DNA from: an uncultured Clostridia bacterium
GTDB lineage: Bacteria; Bacillota; Clostridia; Christensenellales; UBA1242
NCBI GenBank assembly: GCA_945928645.1
Contig: CAMENR010000001.1
Span: forward strand, 33,439 to 97,438
Length of the DNA stretch: 64,000 nt
Direction: 5' to 3'
The translations under genes were made by a program, and so were the position numbers. A model generated the notes under the pieces. It was not told where the DNA came from. It did not search any database and saw only the letters and a program-made list of their open reading frames with translations. Shown in pieces: positions 37,296 to 45,997 of the stretch. The first letter of the stretch is position 1. The number at the start of each line of letters is the position of its first letter.

Positions 37296-37353
37296 TATAT
37301 TCATAAGGGGCTAAAAAAAACTATTTGATATTTTTACAAGATAACATTAGAAA

Positions 37354-37442
37354 TAAAAAAAACACTCGTCAGAATATAGGGCAATGTTCAAAATTTAGTT
37401 TTGCATTCGAACTAGCCCCTAATCTGAAGGGTGTTTTTTTTG
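37354..37442. terminator. long bidirectional terminator hairpin between convergent genes
   Basis: A-run, AACACTCGTCAGA (37361-37373) / TCTGAAGGGTGTT (37423-37435) with one wobble and one mismatch, then T-run 37434-37442. Confidence 0.6.
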
Positions 37443-37483
37443 GTTTATAGATTTTTTAATTCTAAAGAAATTATAGAAAAATA

Positions 37484-38863
37484 TTAACCAAAAATTTTGT
37501 CATTTATGTAAGAAACAAGGTCGTCTATCTTTATCCTCTCTTGTTTCATTGTATCCCTATCTCTGACAGTAACTGTATTGTCTTCCAGTGTATCAAAATC
37601 CACTGTTACGCAGAGAGGTGTGCCTATTTCATCATGTCTACGATAGCGCTTCCCAATGCTACCAGATTCGTCATACTCACAATTAAACTTTTGTCTTAAT
37701 GAATTAAATACCTCAGTAGCCTTTTCACTTAGGTTTTTCTGCAATGGAAGCACTGCAACCTTTATAGGTGCAAGTCTTGGTAAAATCTTAAGGACAACCC
37801 TAGTTTCCCCATTGTCAAGTTGCTCCTCTGTGTAAGCATTGGCTATAAGGGTAAGGAATAACCTGTCTGCCCCAACAGAAAACTCTATAATGTATGGGAT
37901 ATATTTTTCGCCACTTATTGGGTCTGTGTAAAGCATACTTTTGCCAGAGTATTCTTGATGACGAGAGAGGTCATAGTTGGTCCTATTGTGGATACCGTTA
38001 AGTTCTTCCCAGCCAAATGGAAAGTTGAATATTATATCTGTTGCTGCTTTTGCATAAAAAGCAAGTTTGTCGTGATCCTTAAATTTCAATTTCTCTGCAG
38101 GAAGTCCAAGTGATTTATAAAAGTCCATAACTTTGTGCTTGTATAGTTCAAAAAACTTTTCATCATCTCCTTGTTTGCAAAAGAGTTGATATTCCATTTG
38201 TTCAAATTCAATGGTTCTAAATACAAAGTTTCCTGGGGTGATTTCATTTCTAAAAGATTTACCTATTTGCCCTATTCCAAAAGGAATTTTTGCACGCATT
38301 GTGCGTTGAACATTAAGGAAATTGACATACTCTCCCTGACATGTTTCTGGCCTGAGATAGATAACATCACTAGAATCTTCTGTTACACCTCTTTTGGTTT
38401 GGAACATAAGATTAAAGTTTTTGATTTCTGTCCAATCGCATTTGCCACAATTTGGGCACTTAATATTGTGCTCGCTTATGTATTTAGACATTTCCTCCTT
38501 GCTCATAAGGTCCACTGCCATTTCGATGTTATGTTTTGAATTATAATCATTTATCAAACTATCTGCTCTGTGTCTTGTTTTGCAATTTTTGCAATCCATC
38601 TTTGGATCAGAGAAAGATGCCACATGCCCACTTGCTTCCCAAACACGTGGGTTCATCAAAATAGCGCAATCTACACCATAACTATTTGCGTCTTTGGTTA
38701 CAAAATAATCCCACCATGCACGTTTTATGTTGTTTTTTAGTTCCACTCCCAATGGGCCATAATCCCAAGTGTTGGCAAGTCCCCCATATATTTCACTGCC
38801 TGGGAATACAAACCCTCTGTTTTTGCAATATGCAACCAACTTTTGCATTGTTACTTCACTCAT
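37484..38863 (-). CDS. glyQS: glycyl-tRNA synthetase (homodimeric GlyQS type)
   Basis: MQKLVAYCKNRGFVFPGSEIYGGL, FRNEITPGNFVFRTIEFEQME and EFSVGADRL are the class II GlyRS motifs. Confidence 0.95.
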   Translation of the reverse strand: MSEVTMQKLVAYCKNRGFVFPGSEIYGGLANTWDYGPLGVELKNNIKRAWWDYFVTKDANSYGVDCAILMNPRVWEASGHVASFSDPKMDCKNCKTRHRADSLINDYNSKHNIEMAVDLMSKEEMSKYISEHNIKCPNCGKCDWTEIKNFNLMFQTKRGVTEDSSDVIYLRPETCQGEYVNFLNVQRTMRAKIPFGIGQIGKSFRNEITPGNFVFRTIEFEQMEYQLFCKQGDDEKFFELYKHKVMDFYKSLGLPAEKLKFKDHDKLAFYAKAATDIIFNFPFGWEELNGIHNRTNYDLSRHQEYSGKSMLYTDPISGEKYIPYIIEFSVGADRLFLTLIANAYTEEQLDNGETRVVLKILPRLAPIKVAVLPLQKNLSEKATEVFNSLRQKFNCEYDESGSIGKRYRRHDEIGTPLCVTVDFDTLEDNTVTVRDRDTMKQERIKIDDLVSYINDKIFG

Positions 38864-38878
38864 AATATTACCTTCTTT

Positions 38879-40081
38879 TTATCCTTCAACCACTTCTTTT
38901 GTTTGACGAGCAATAGATAGTTCTTCATCAGTTGGGATAACATAAACTGCAACCTTGGAATTGTCTTTAGAAATTTTGTAGTTTATACCACGAACAAAGT
39001 TAGTGTTTCTATCCTTGTCAAAATCAACACCAAGATAATCTAGCCCATCCATAATTTCTTCTCTAACATCTGCCCTATTTTCGCCAGTTCCAGCACTGAA
39101 TGCTATAGCGTCAACTCCTCCCATAACAGCGGCGTATGCACCTATATATTTCTTTACTGCATACACAAACTTCTGCACTGCTAGTCTGCATTTTTTGTCG
39201 CCTTTTGCACTGCCAGCAAGCACATCACGCATATCGTTGCTTAGTTCGCTTATGCCAAGAAGTCCACTCTTTTTGTTAAGTATTGTAAGCATTTCGTGAA
39301 TATCATAACCCTTTTTGTCCATAACATATTCTATAACTGCTGGGTCAATATCGCCACTTCTTGTGCCCATAACAAGCCCTTCTAGTGGTGTGAAGCCCAT
39401 TGATGTATCTACGCACTTGCCCTTGTTTATGGCGCAAATACTTGCCCCGTTGCCAAGATGGCAGGAAATTATCTTAAGTTTCTTTATATCCTTACCCATT
39501 TCTTTTGCAACTTCTTTCGCAATAAATTCGTGGCTTGTCCCATGGAAGCCATATTTTCTAACTCCCATTTCTTTGCACCAAGAATATGGCAGAGCATACA
39601 TATATGCATAATCTGGCATTGTTGCGTGGAATGCTGTATCAAAAATGCATACGTTTTCCTTACCTGGCATAACTTTCATACAAGCTTCAATCCCTTGAAT
39701 ATTTGCTGGCATATGAAGTGGTCCAAGTGGGATATATTTTTTTAGGTCTTTCATAACTTTTTCTGTTACAAGTGTTGCTTTTTTGTATTTTCCACCGCCA
39801 TGCAAAACTCTGTGTCCTATTGCAGAAATTTCATCTAAAGATTTGATGACGCCAATCTTTTTGTCTACCAAAGCGTCCAAAACAAGTTTTAGCCCCTCAG
39901 CGTGATTTTGCATATCTTGTTTTATGACGGTTGCATTCCCATTCACTTTGTGTGTAAGTTGAGAAGCACCTTTTTCACCAATTCTTTCCACAAGTCCTTT
40001 TGCAATAACCTTTTCTCCATCCATATCAATAAGTTGATATTTTATGGAACTGCTACCTGCATTTACAACTAAAATTTTCAT
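38879..40081 (-). CDS. ackA: acetate kinase
   Basis: MKILVVNAGSSSIKYQL, GHRVLHGG, FDTAFH and GFHGTSH. ATG 40081 lies behind GGAGA. Confidence 0.95.
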   Translation of the reverse strand: MKILVVNAGSSSIKYQLIDMDGEKVIAKGLVERIGEKGASQLTHKVNGNATVIKQDMQNHAEGLKLVLDALVDKKIGVIKSLDEISAIGHRVLHGGGKYKKATLVTEKVMKDLKKYIPLGPLHMPANIQGIEACMKVMPGKENVCIFDTAFHATMPDYAYMYALPYSWCKEMGVRKYGFHGTSHEFIAKEVAKEMGKDIKKLKIISCHLGNGASICAINKGKCVDTSMGFTPLEGLVMGTRSGDIDPAVIEYVMDKKGYDIHEMLTILNKKSGLLGISELSNDMRDVLAGSAKGDKKCRLAVQKFVYAVKKYIGAYAAVMGGVDAIAFSAGTGENRADVREEIMDGLDYLGVDFDKDRNTNFVRGINYKISKDNSKVAVYVIPTDEELSIARQTKEVVEG

Positions 40082-40175
40082 ATTTATCTCCTTATACGTT
40101 AAATTATAATCAATGTAGATTATATAATCTTTTTTGAATAATTGCAACAATCTTTTGCATTCTTTATAAAAATGA

Positions 40176-41174
40176 TTATTTGTTTTGTGCTTGAAGTGAG
40201 GTTATAGCCGTCATAATAACAATATCTCTTACTGAACATCCACGCGATAAGTCATTGCATGGTTTGTCCAAGCCCTGCATAATTACCCCAATGGCAGATA
40301 ATTTGCCTGCTCTTTGCATTATTTTGTATCCAATATTGCCAGAGTTAAGCTCTGGGAATATCAATACATTTGCTTTGCCTGCCACAGCACTTTTTGGGGC
40401 TTTTACTTTGGCAACTTCTGGCAAAATTGCACAATCAAATTGCATTTCACCATCTACACAGAATTTGGTTGCTTTGAGCATTTGGCTTGCTTCACGAACC
40501 TTGTTTACTATGTCATTTTTATCTCCTCCACTGCCGAGAGTGGAAAAAGATAATAGAGCAACTTTTGGATTTATATTGCACAATGTTTTTGCTGTGTCGG
40601 CTGTGGCAACTGCAATATCATATAATTGCTGTGCGGTAGGATTGGGATTTAGGGCACAATCTGAAAGCAAAATAACATTGTTTTCTCCAAAACCCAATTT
40701 TTTTGTCCCAATCATAACAAAGCAGGATGAAACTGTTTTTATTCCCTTCTTTGCTTTTATTATTTGCAAAGCAGGTCTTAAGACGTTTGCAGTAGGTCCT
40801 TCGGCACCCCCCAAAGCACCATCTGCATAACCACATTTTACAAGCATTGTAGCGAAATAATAATTATCATTTAACAACTCCTCAGCCTGCTCCTTAGTCA
40901 GCCCCTTATCACTTCGCAATCTAATCAATTCTGCAACCAATTCTTCCCTCAATTGCGAAGTCTTTGGATTGATTATTACTCCACCATGACAATGTCTTTC
41001 CTTCATTTTTTTGGCAAGAGAATCTTCGTTACCTAGCAAGGTTACATTGGCAATTTTGTGCTTCAAAACATAACAAATTGCATCTATTGTCCTCTCGCTA
41101 CAATCAGCCTCTGGGAAAACAATATTCTTCATATCCCTTTTTGCCATTTTAATAAAAACTTTTTCTGTAAACAT
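40176..41174 (-). CDS. pta: phosphate acetyltransferase
   Basis: IVFPEADCSERTIDA, GGAEGPTANVLRPALQ and DLSRGCS are typical of the Pta PTA_PTB domain. Confidence 0.93.
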   Translation of the reverse strand: MFTEKVFIKMAKRDMKNIVFPEADCSERTIDAICYVLKHKIANVTLLGNEDSLAKKMKERHCHGGVIINPKTSQLREELVAELIRLRSDKGLTKEQAEELLNDNYYFATMLVKCGYADGALGGAEGPTANVLRPALQIIKAKKGIKTVSSCFVMIGTKKLGFGENNVILLSDCALNPNPTAQQLYDIAVATADTAKTLCNINPKVALLSFSTLGSGGDKNDIVNKVREASQMLKATKFCVDGEMQFDCAILPEVAKVKAPKSAVAGKANVLIFPELNSGNIGYKIMQRAGKLSAIGVIMQGLDKPCNDLSRGCSVRDIVIMTAITSLQAQNK

Positions 41175-41192
41175 ACAACCTCCTTATAAAAG

Positions 41193-41981
41193 TTAATCTT
41201 TTATATTTAGCATCTTTTTTATCTCTGGGAGCATTTGTTTTGCATATTTTTCGCCATAGGCGATACTTGTTGTAATATCGTCAACGGTATATTTTTCAAA
41301 TGAAACTGTAGGTTGGTCAATTTTTATATATACATCGCCTTTGTCCTTGTATTGCTTAACGCAGTTTGCTGTTAGCAAGTTTGTTGCACTTATAATAATA
41401 TCAACGGCAGATTTTAGGTTGTTTTGCTTTTTATAAAAAGTGCAAACATCCACAGCAATAACCTTTGTTGCACCCATTCTTCTTGCATCTTCTACCGGCA
41501 AATTGTCGCTAATTCCACCATCAACTAGGCACATCTTCCCCATTTTGACTGGTCGAAAAATGCCAGGGATAGACATACTTGCCCTTATCGCTGGAACAAT
41601 TGGCCCCTGTTCAAATACTATCTTTTGACCACTTACCAAATCACAGGCAACACAACAAAATTTTGTTTTGCAATTTTCTATCTTTATATCTCCAAATAAC
41701 TTTGAAAAAAATCTAGTAACCTTGTTCCCATATAAAAACCCTTCGTCAAACAGTCCAAATAAGTTTAGGTCAAAAAGTTTGTTTCTGGAAAAATCCTTAA
41801 GCAATTCTTCCATTGTGTTTAGAGTTATCCCAGCACTATAAGCCCCACCAATTATTGCGCCCATAGATGTCCCGGCAATAATATCAATGGGGATTTTATT
41901 TTTCTCCAGCACCTTCAAAACCCCTATATGAGCAAATCCATATGCAGATCCACCACTCAACACCAGTGCAACCTTTTCCAT
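41193..41981 (-). CDS. patatin-like phospholipase
   Basis: Oxyanion GGSAYGFAHIGV, nucleophile elbow GTSMG, catalytic DGG. Confidence 0.85.
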   Translation of the reverse strand: MEKVALVLSGGSAYGFAHIGVLKVLEKNKIPIDIIAGTSMGAIIGGAYSAGITLNTMEELLKDFSRNKLFDLNLFGLFDEGFLYGNKVTRFFSKLFGDIKIENCKTKFCCVACDLVSGQKIVFEQGPIVPAIRASMSIPGIFRPVKMGKMCLVDGGISDNLPVEDARRMGATKVIAVDVCTFYKKQNNLKSAVDIIISATNLLTANCVKQYKDKGDVYIKIDQPTVSFEKYTVDDITTSIAYGEKYAKQMLPEIKKMLNIKD

Positions 41982-42074
41982 ATGCCCTCCAATTACATTT
42001 TACATTATATGTTATTTCACAATTAAAGTAAAATTATTTTGTATAATTTGATATTTCAAAAAATAAAAATATAT

Positions 42075-43061
42075 ATGACAAAAATAAAAAATTTCCTATT
42101 TGCAAATTCTGACATTATATTATGTTTTTTGTTGTTGGGCTTAATACTTTTGGTTTGTGTTAATCCATCTCCATATATTTCTGCAACATATAGGGGTTTT
42201 ACCGTTTGGGCAAAAATCGTATTACCTAGCCTTTTTGTGTTTTTTATCCTTACCAAGATTTTAATGCAACTAGACATATCATTCAAAATCTTTGGTATAT
42301 TGGACAAACCTTTTGCCAAATTGTTTGGAGTTAAACATTTTGGGGGGTATGTGTTCTTGATGAGCATATTATCTGGTTATCCAGTTGGGACAAAATTGAC
42401 CAGTGAATTATATCAGCAGGGATATATTTCTCAAACAGAAGCATACAAAATGTTAAGTTTTACTTCAACTTCTGGTCCAATGTTTATAATAGGTAGTGTT
42501 ACCCTATCTATGTTTGGCAACGCAAAACTCGGAGTGATAGTATTTTTTTGTCATATTTTTTCGGCATTTATTAATGGTTTCTTTTATAGAAATGTAAAAT
42601 GCCCTGAATTAGAAAAAAACAATAAATATATAAAGGATACAAATCCTAAATTAACATTAAACGAAATTGTTCAAAATTCAATAATATCTTTACTTATGGT
42701 CGGGGGATATATAGCATTATCCTTTTGTATTTTGGAGATTTTTCTTCACAACTCAATAATGACCGTTATAAGTAATTTTATATACAAAGTATTTGGAGCA
42801 GACTATCTAACACCTATTATAAGTGGGATTGTAGAAGTTACGAGTGGTTGTGTATCCCTGTCGCAACTTGCATCAAATAATGGGATATTGTGTATATTGC
42901 TTAGTTGTCTTATAAGTTTTGGAGGATTATCTATTCATTTGCAGAGTCAAATGTTTGCTAGCAAAGCCAATATTAAATACTCATATTTTCTAAAAATAAA
43001 AACAACACAAACACTTATTGCATTTGTGCTGAGTTTGATATGCAGTTTTATATTTTTTTAG
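42075..43061 (+). CDS. ylbJ: sporulation integral membrane protein YlbJ (nucleoside-recognition/Gate domain)
   Basis: RGFTVWAKIVLPSLFVFFILTKIL and LSGYPVGTKLTSELY match the YlbJ pattern. Start moved to ATG 42075. Confidence 0.75.
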   Translation: MTKIKNFLFANSDIILCFLLLGLILLVCVNPSPYISATYRGFTVWAKIVLPSLFVFFILTKILMQLDISFKIFGILDKPFAKLFGVKHFGGYVFLMSILSGYPVGTKLTSELYQQGYISQTEAYKMLSFTSTSGPMFIIGSVTLSMFGNAKLGVIVFFCHIFSAFINGFFYRNVKCPELEKNNKYIKDTNPKLTLNEIVQNSIISLLMVGGYIALSFCILEIFLHNSIMTVISNFIYKVFGADYLTPIISGIVEVTSGCVSLSQLASNNGILCILLSCLISFGGLSIHLQSQMFASKANIKYSYFLKIKTTQTLIAFVLSLICSFIFF

Positions 43062-43882
43062 GAATAAAATTGAAAGCAAATTTCATTTATTTCTCTTATT
43101 TCATTTTTTATCGAACGTTCATGGCGAGATAGTTCGTTAAGTGCCATAACAAGAGCAATAACAATGTTTATTTTGCGCATATTGCACGACTCCTTCATAG
43201 CACGTGTCAACAGCAAAATATTTGCTCTCTTGTCTGATGGTCTGCCATGTTGCAGTTTTTCATCAATCAGCAAACATTTGCGGGCTATGCCATCAAACAA
43301 TAGACATGTATCCTCACTGTGAGGCTCACATTCACAGTGTTCTTCCTCTTCTGGTGTCTGAGAGTTGTCTCTTTCTTGCTCTGTTTCTTTGGCATCATCG
43401 GACATAATATCTTTATAACTATCCTCTTCAAAAGATGTTTCTCCATCTGGAATAATGCCAAACATCCTAGAAACAGCATTTTTGAATGGGATTATAAATT
43501 TTTGGGAAAACATAGCATACTCTTCCCTTTGAGATGTTGCATATGGAAATGTGGTTGAAAGAAGTTCGCTAAAATCTATCCTCTTACTGTCTATTTCCAC
43601 TAGCATTGCAAAAACAAAAGAGATAACACTTTGAGTATCTTTTGGCAATTCAAAATCTTTACCCTGTTCGTCAGAAAGTTTTTTTAATTCGCTATATTCC
43701 TTCCTAAAATTATAATTTATCAAACTTTCAGCCATTAGATTATATACTTCTTTTGATGTGGATATAGCTCGCAATATTTTTGATATTTTTATATCTGCCA
43801 AAATAAACTTGCCTTGTATAAATTCATCACAAGCATTCAAAAAATTATCCAACCCATCAGGTTTTGTATAAGATTCTCCCAT
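43058..43882 (-). CDS. hypothetical protein with acidic central linker
   Basis: Clean 274-aa ORF with SD GGGGGAAATT upstream. No motif recognised. Its stop overlaps the ylbJ stop on the other strand. Confidence 0.55.
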   Translation of the reverse strand: MGESYTKPDGLDNFLNACDEFIQGKFILADIKISKILRAISTSKEVYNLMAESLINYNFRKEYSELKKLSDEQGKDFELPKDTQSVISFVFAMLVEIDSKRIDFSELLSTTFPYATSQREEYAMFSQKFIIPFKNAVSRMFGIIPDGETSFEEDSYKDIMSDDAKETEQERDNSQTPEEEEHCECEPHSEDTCLLFDGIARKCLLIDEKLQHGRPSDKRANILLLTRAMKESCNMRKINIVIALVMALNELSRHERSIKNEIREINEICFQFYS

Positions 43883-44067
43883 AATTTCCCCCTACATTAT
43901 GCAATAATTTTAGCATAAATATTTTCAAAATAAAAACAAATTTCGATAAATTACTGCAAAAAATAAAAGGTGAATATAATTTTATATTTTAATCAAAAAA
44001 AGGCAGTTAAATATTTGCTTTTTATTTTATCTTGTGATATAAACTTTTTGGAATATTAGGAGATAAA

Positions 44068-44625
44068 ATGAACAAATTTTTTGATGAAACGCTAAACAAA
44101 CTTATATTGCTTTTTGTATTCGATCGTATGGAAATACCTCTTACAGAGAATTCTATTATAGATATTTGCACAAGTAGAAACGATTGGCTAAAGTATATGG
44201 AATGCAAGGAAGCCTTAATGCAACTAGTTGAGGTAAACTTTGTAAGCAAAATTACCCCTGCAGGAAGCACCGAAGTTGATCCAAGGGACGAAAGATACAC
44301 CATAACTCCAGAAGGTCGAAATTGTATCGCTAATTTCTTTACTAGAATCAAGCCTCATATTAGAGAAGAAATAACGCAATATGCCAAGCAAAATAGAATG
44401 GTCTTTAAGCGTAGCCAAGAATATGTTTCGGAATATTTCAAAAATGCTGATAGTACCCATACAGTAGTATTTAAGATAAAGGAACCACTTGTTGCACAAC
44501 CATTGTTTGAGATAAAACTAAAAACTCTAACAAGAAGTGCTGCTGTGTCCGCAGGCAAAAAATGGTGTGAAAAAGCTCCCCAAATATATGAATATATCTA
44601 CGAAAACTTGATTTCTGACAACTAA
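44068..44625 (+). CDS. hypothetical protein, DUF4364-like (winged-helix-like N-terminus)
   Basis: NKLILLFVFDRMEIPLTENSIIDICTSRNDWLKYMECKEALMQLVE resembles the DUF4364 family as I remember it. SD AGGAGA upstream. Confidence 0.55.
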   Translation: MNKFFDETLNKLILLFVFDRMEIPLTENSIIDICTSRNDWLKYMECKEALMQLVEVNFVSKITPAGSTEVDPRDERYTITPEGRNCIANFFTRIKPHIREEITQYAKQNRMVFKRSQEYVSEYFKNADSTHTVVFKIKEPLVAQPLFEIKLKTLTRSAAVSAGKKWCEKAPQIYEYIYENLISDN

Positions 44626-44697
44626 TTGCCTTTTTAATAAATATGGTTGCACAAAAACCGTAATTTTGTGATAAAAAAAAGAAATAAGAGGTGAAAA

Positions 44698-45873
44698 ATG
44701 AAACTAGGAACAATGTCTATTGGAATAAGAACTCCTATTATAAAAGACGGAGATAATTTGGAAGAAATTGTGTGTGAAAGCGTAATATCTTCTGTAAAGG
44801 AAAACAATTTGCAACTGCATGACAGGGATGTTATTGCCGTTACAGAGGCTGTGGTTGGCATATCCCAAGGCAATTATGCCACATTGGAACAAATAGCAAA
44901 AGATGTAAAACGCAAAGTAAAAAGCAAGACATTGGGACTTGTATTCCCTATTTTAAGCAGAAATAGATTTTCCTTGTTGCTAAAGGCTATTTCCCAAGGT
45001 GTTGAAAAATTGGTTATTCAATTATCTTGTCCAACAGATGAAGTGGGCAATGAACTTGTTTCACGCAATCAATTTTTTACATCAAAACTCAATCCTTATA
45101 GTGAAGTTTGGACTGGAGAAGAGTTTAATAAGATATTTTCCCACCCTGTTCATCCATTTACAGGCATCAATTATATTGACCTTTACAAAGAATATGGTGG
45201 CAAAAATACAGAAGTTATTGTGTCCAACAATCCAGAAGAGATTTTGAAATATACAGACACAGTTATCTGTGCTGATATTCATACTAGAGAACAGACAAAA
45301 CAGAGATTGCTTGATGCTGGCGCAAAAAAAGTTCTCACCCTTTGTGATATTATGAATGAAAGTGTCGATGGCAGTGGCTACAATTCAAAATATGGATTGC
45401 TTGGTTCTAACAAATCAACAGAGGACAGGGTAAAACTATTCCCAGAACATGGGCAAGAATTTGTTGAAAAAGTCCAAAAAATGATGTTTGAGCAAACTGG
45501 CAAAAGACTGGAAGTTATGGTGTATGGAGATGGAGCTTTTAAGGACCCTGTTGGCGGAATATGGGAACTTGCTGACCCACTTGTATCCCCTGCCTATACA
45601 GATGGACTTATTGGCACTCCAAATGAATTAAAACTCAAATTTCTTTCTGATAACAAATTCAAAAACTTAAGAGGAAGTGAACTTCAAAAGGCAATAAGAG
45701 AAGAAATTAGAAATAAAAACTCCAACCTAAAAGGAAATATGGCATCACAAGGGACTACCCCTCGTCGCTATGTTGATCTGCTTGGAAGTTTGGCAGACCT
45801 TACTAGTGGCAGTGGTGATAAAGGAACTCCTGTAATCCTTATCCAAAACTACTTCTCCAATTATGCAGACTAA
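44698..45873 (+). CDS. CofE-like (F420-0:gamma-glutamyl ligase family) protein
   Basis: N-terminus IRTPIIKDGDNLEEIV...DRDVIAVTEAVVGISQG and C-terminus ADLTSGSGDKGTPVILIQ resemble the CofE fold motifs. Assigned by eye only. Confidence 0.55.
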   Translation: MKLGTMSIGIRTPIIKDGDNLEEIVCESVISSVKENNLQLHDRDVIAVTEAVVGISQGNYATLEQIAKDVKRKVKSKTLGLVFPILSRNRFSLLLKAISQGVEKLVIQLSCPTDEVGNELVSRNQFFTSKLNPYSEVWTGEEFNKIFSHPVHPFTGINYIDLYKEYGGKNTEVIVSNNPEEILKYTDTVICADIHTREQTKQRLLDAGAKKVLTLCDIMNESVDGSGYNSKYGLLGSNKSTEDRVKLFPEHGQEFVEKVQKMMFEQTGKRLEVMVYGDGAFKDPVGGIWELADPLVSPAYTDGLIGTPNELKLKFLSDNKFKNLRGSELQKAIREEIRNKNSNLKGNMASQGTTPRRYVDLLGSLADLTSGSGDKGTPVILIQNYFSNYAD

Positions 45874-45892
45874 ATATATCAAAGATTATATT

Positions 45893-45971
45893 AAAAAACA
45901 CCTTTCAATTTAGAAGTAAAATTACAAAGCTTATCAAACCTTTTGATTTTCTTCTTTGTTAAGGTGTTTTT
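45893..45971. terminator. possible bidirectional terminator between convergent genes
   Basis: AACACCTT (45897-45904) / AAGGTGTT (45961-45968) flanked by an A-run and a T-run. The loop is large and contains an inner ATCAAA/TTTGAT hairpin. Confidence 0.45.
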
Positions 45972-45997
45972 ATTTACAAATGATCATAAATTTTTGG

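Noticed and set aside
40255-40830. Long antisense ORFs inside well-supported genes (this one in pta; likewise 46629-47216 in fhs, 29024-29491 in serS, 8279-8710 in the ABC ATPase, 24259-24657 in rny, 49920-50327 in spoIVA)
   Set aside because: All lie opposite genes with unambiguous family motifs. They have low-complexity, Ser/Leu/Phe-rich translations typical of shadow frames.
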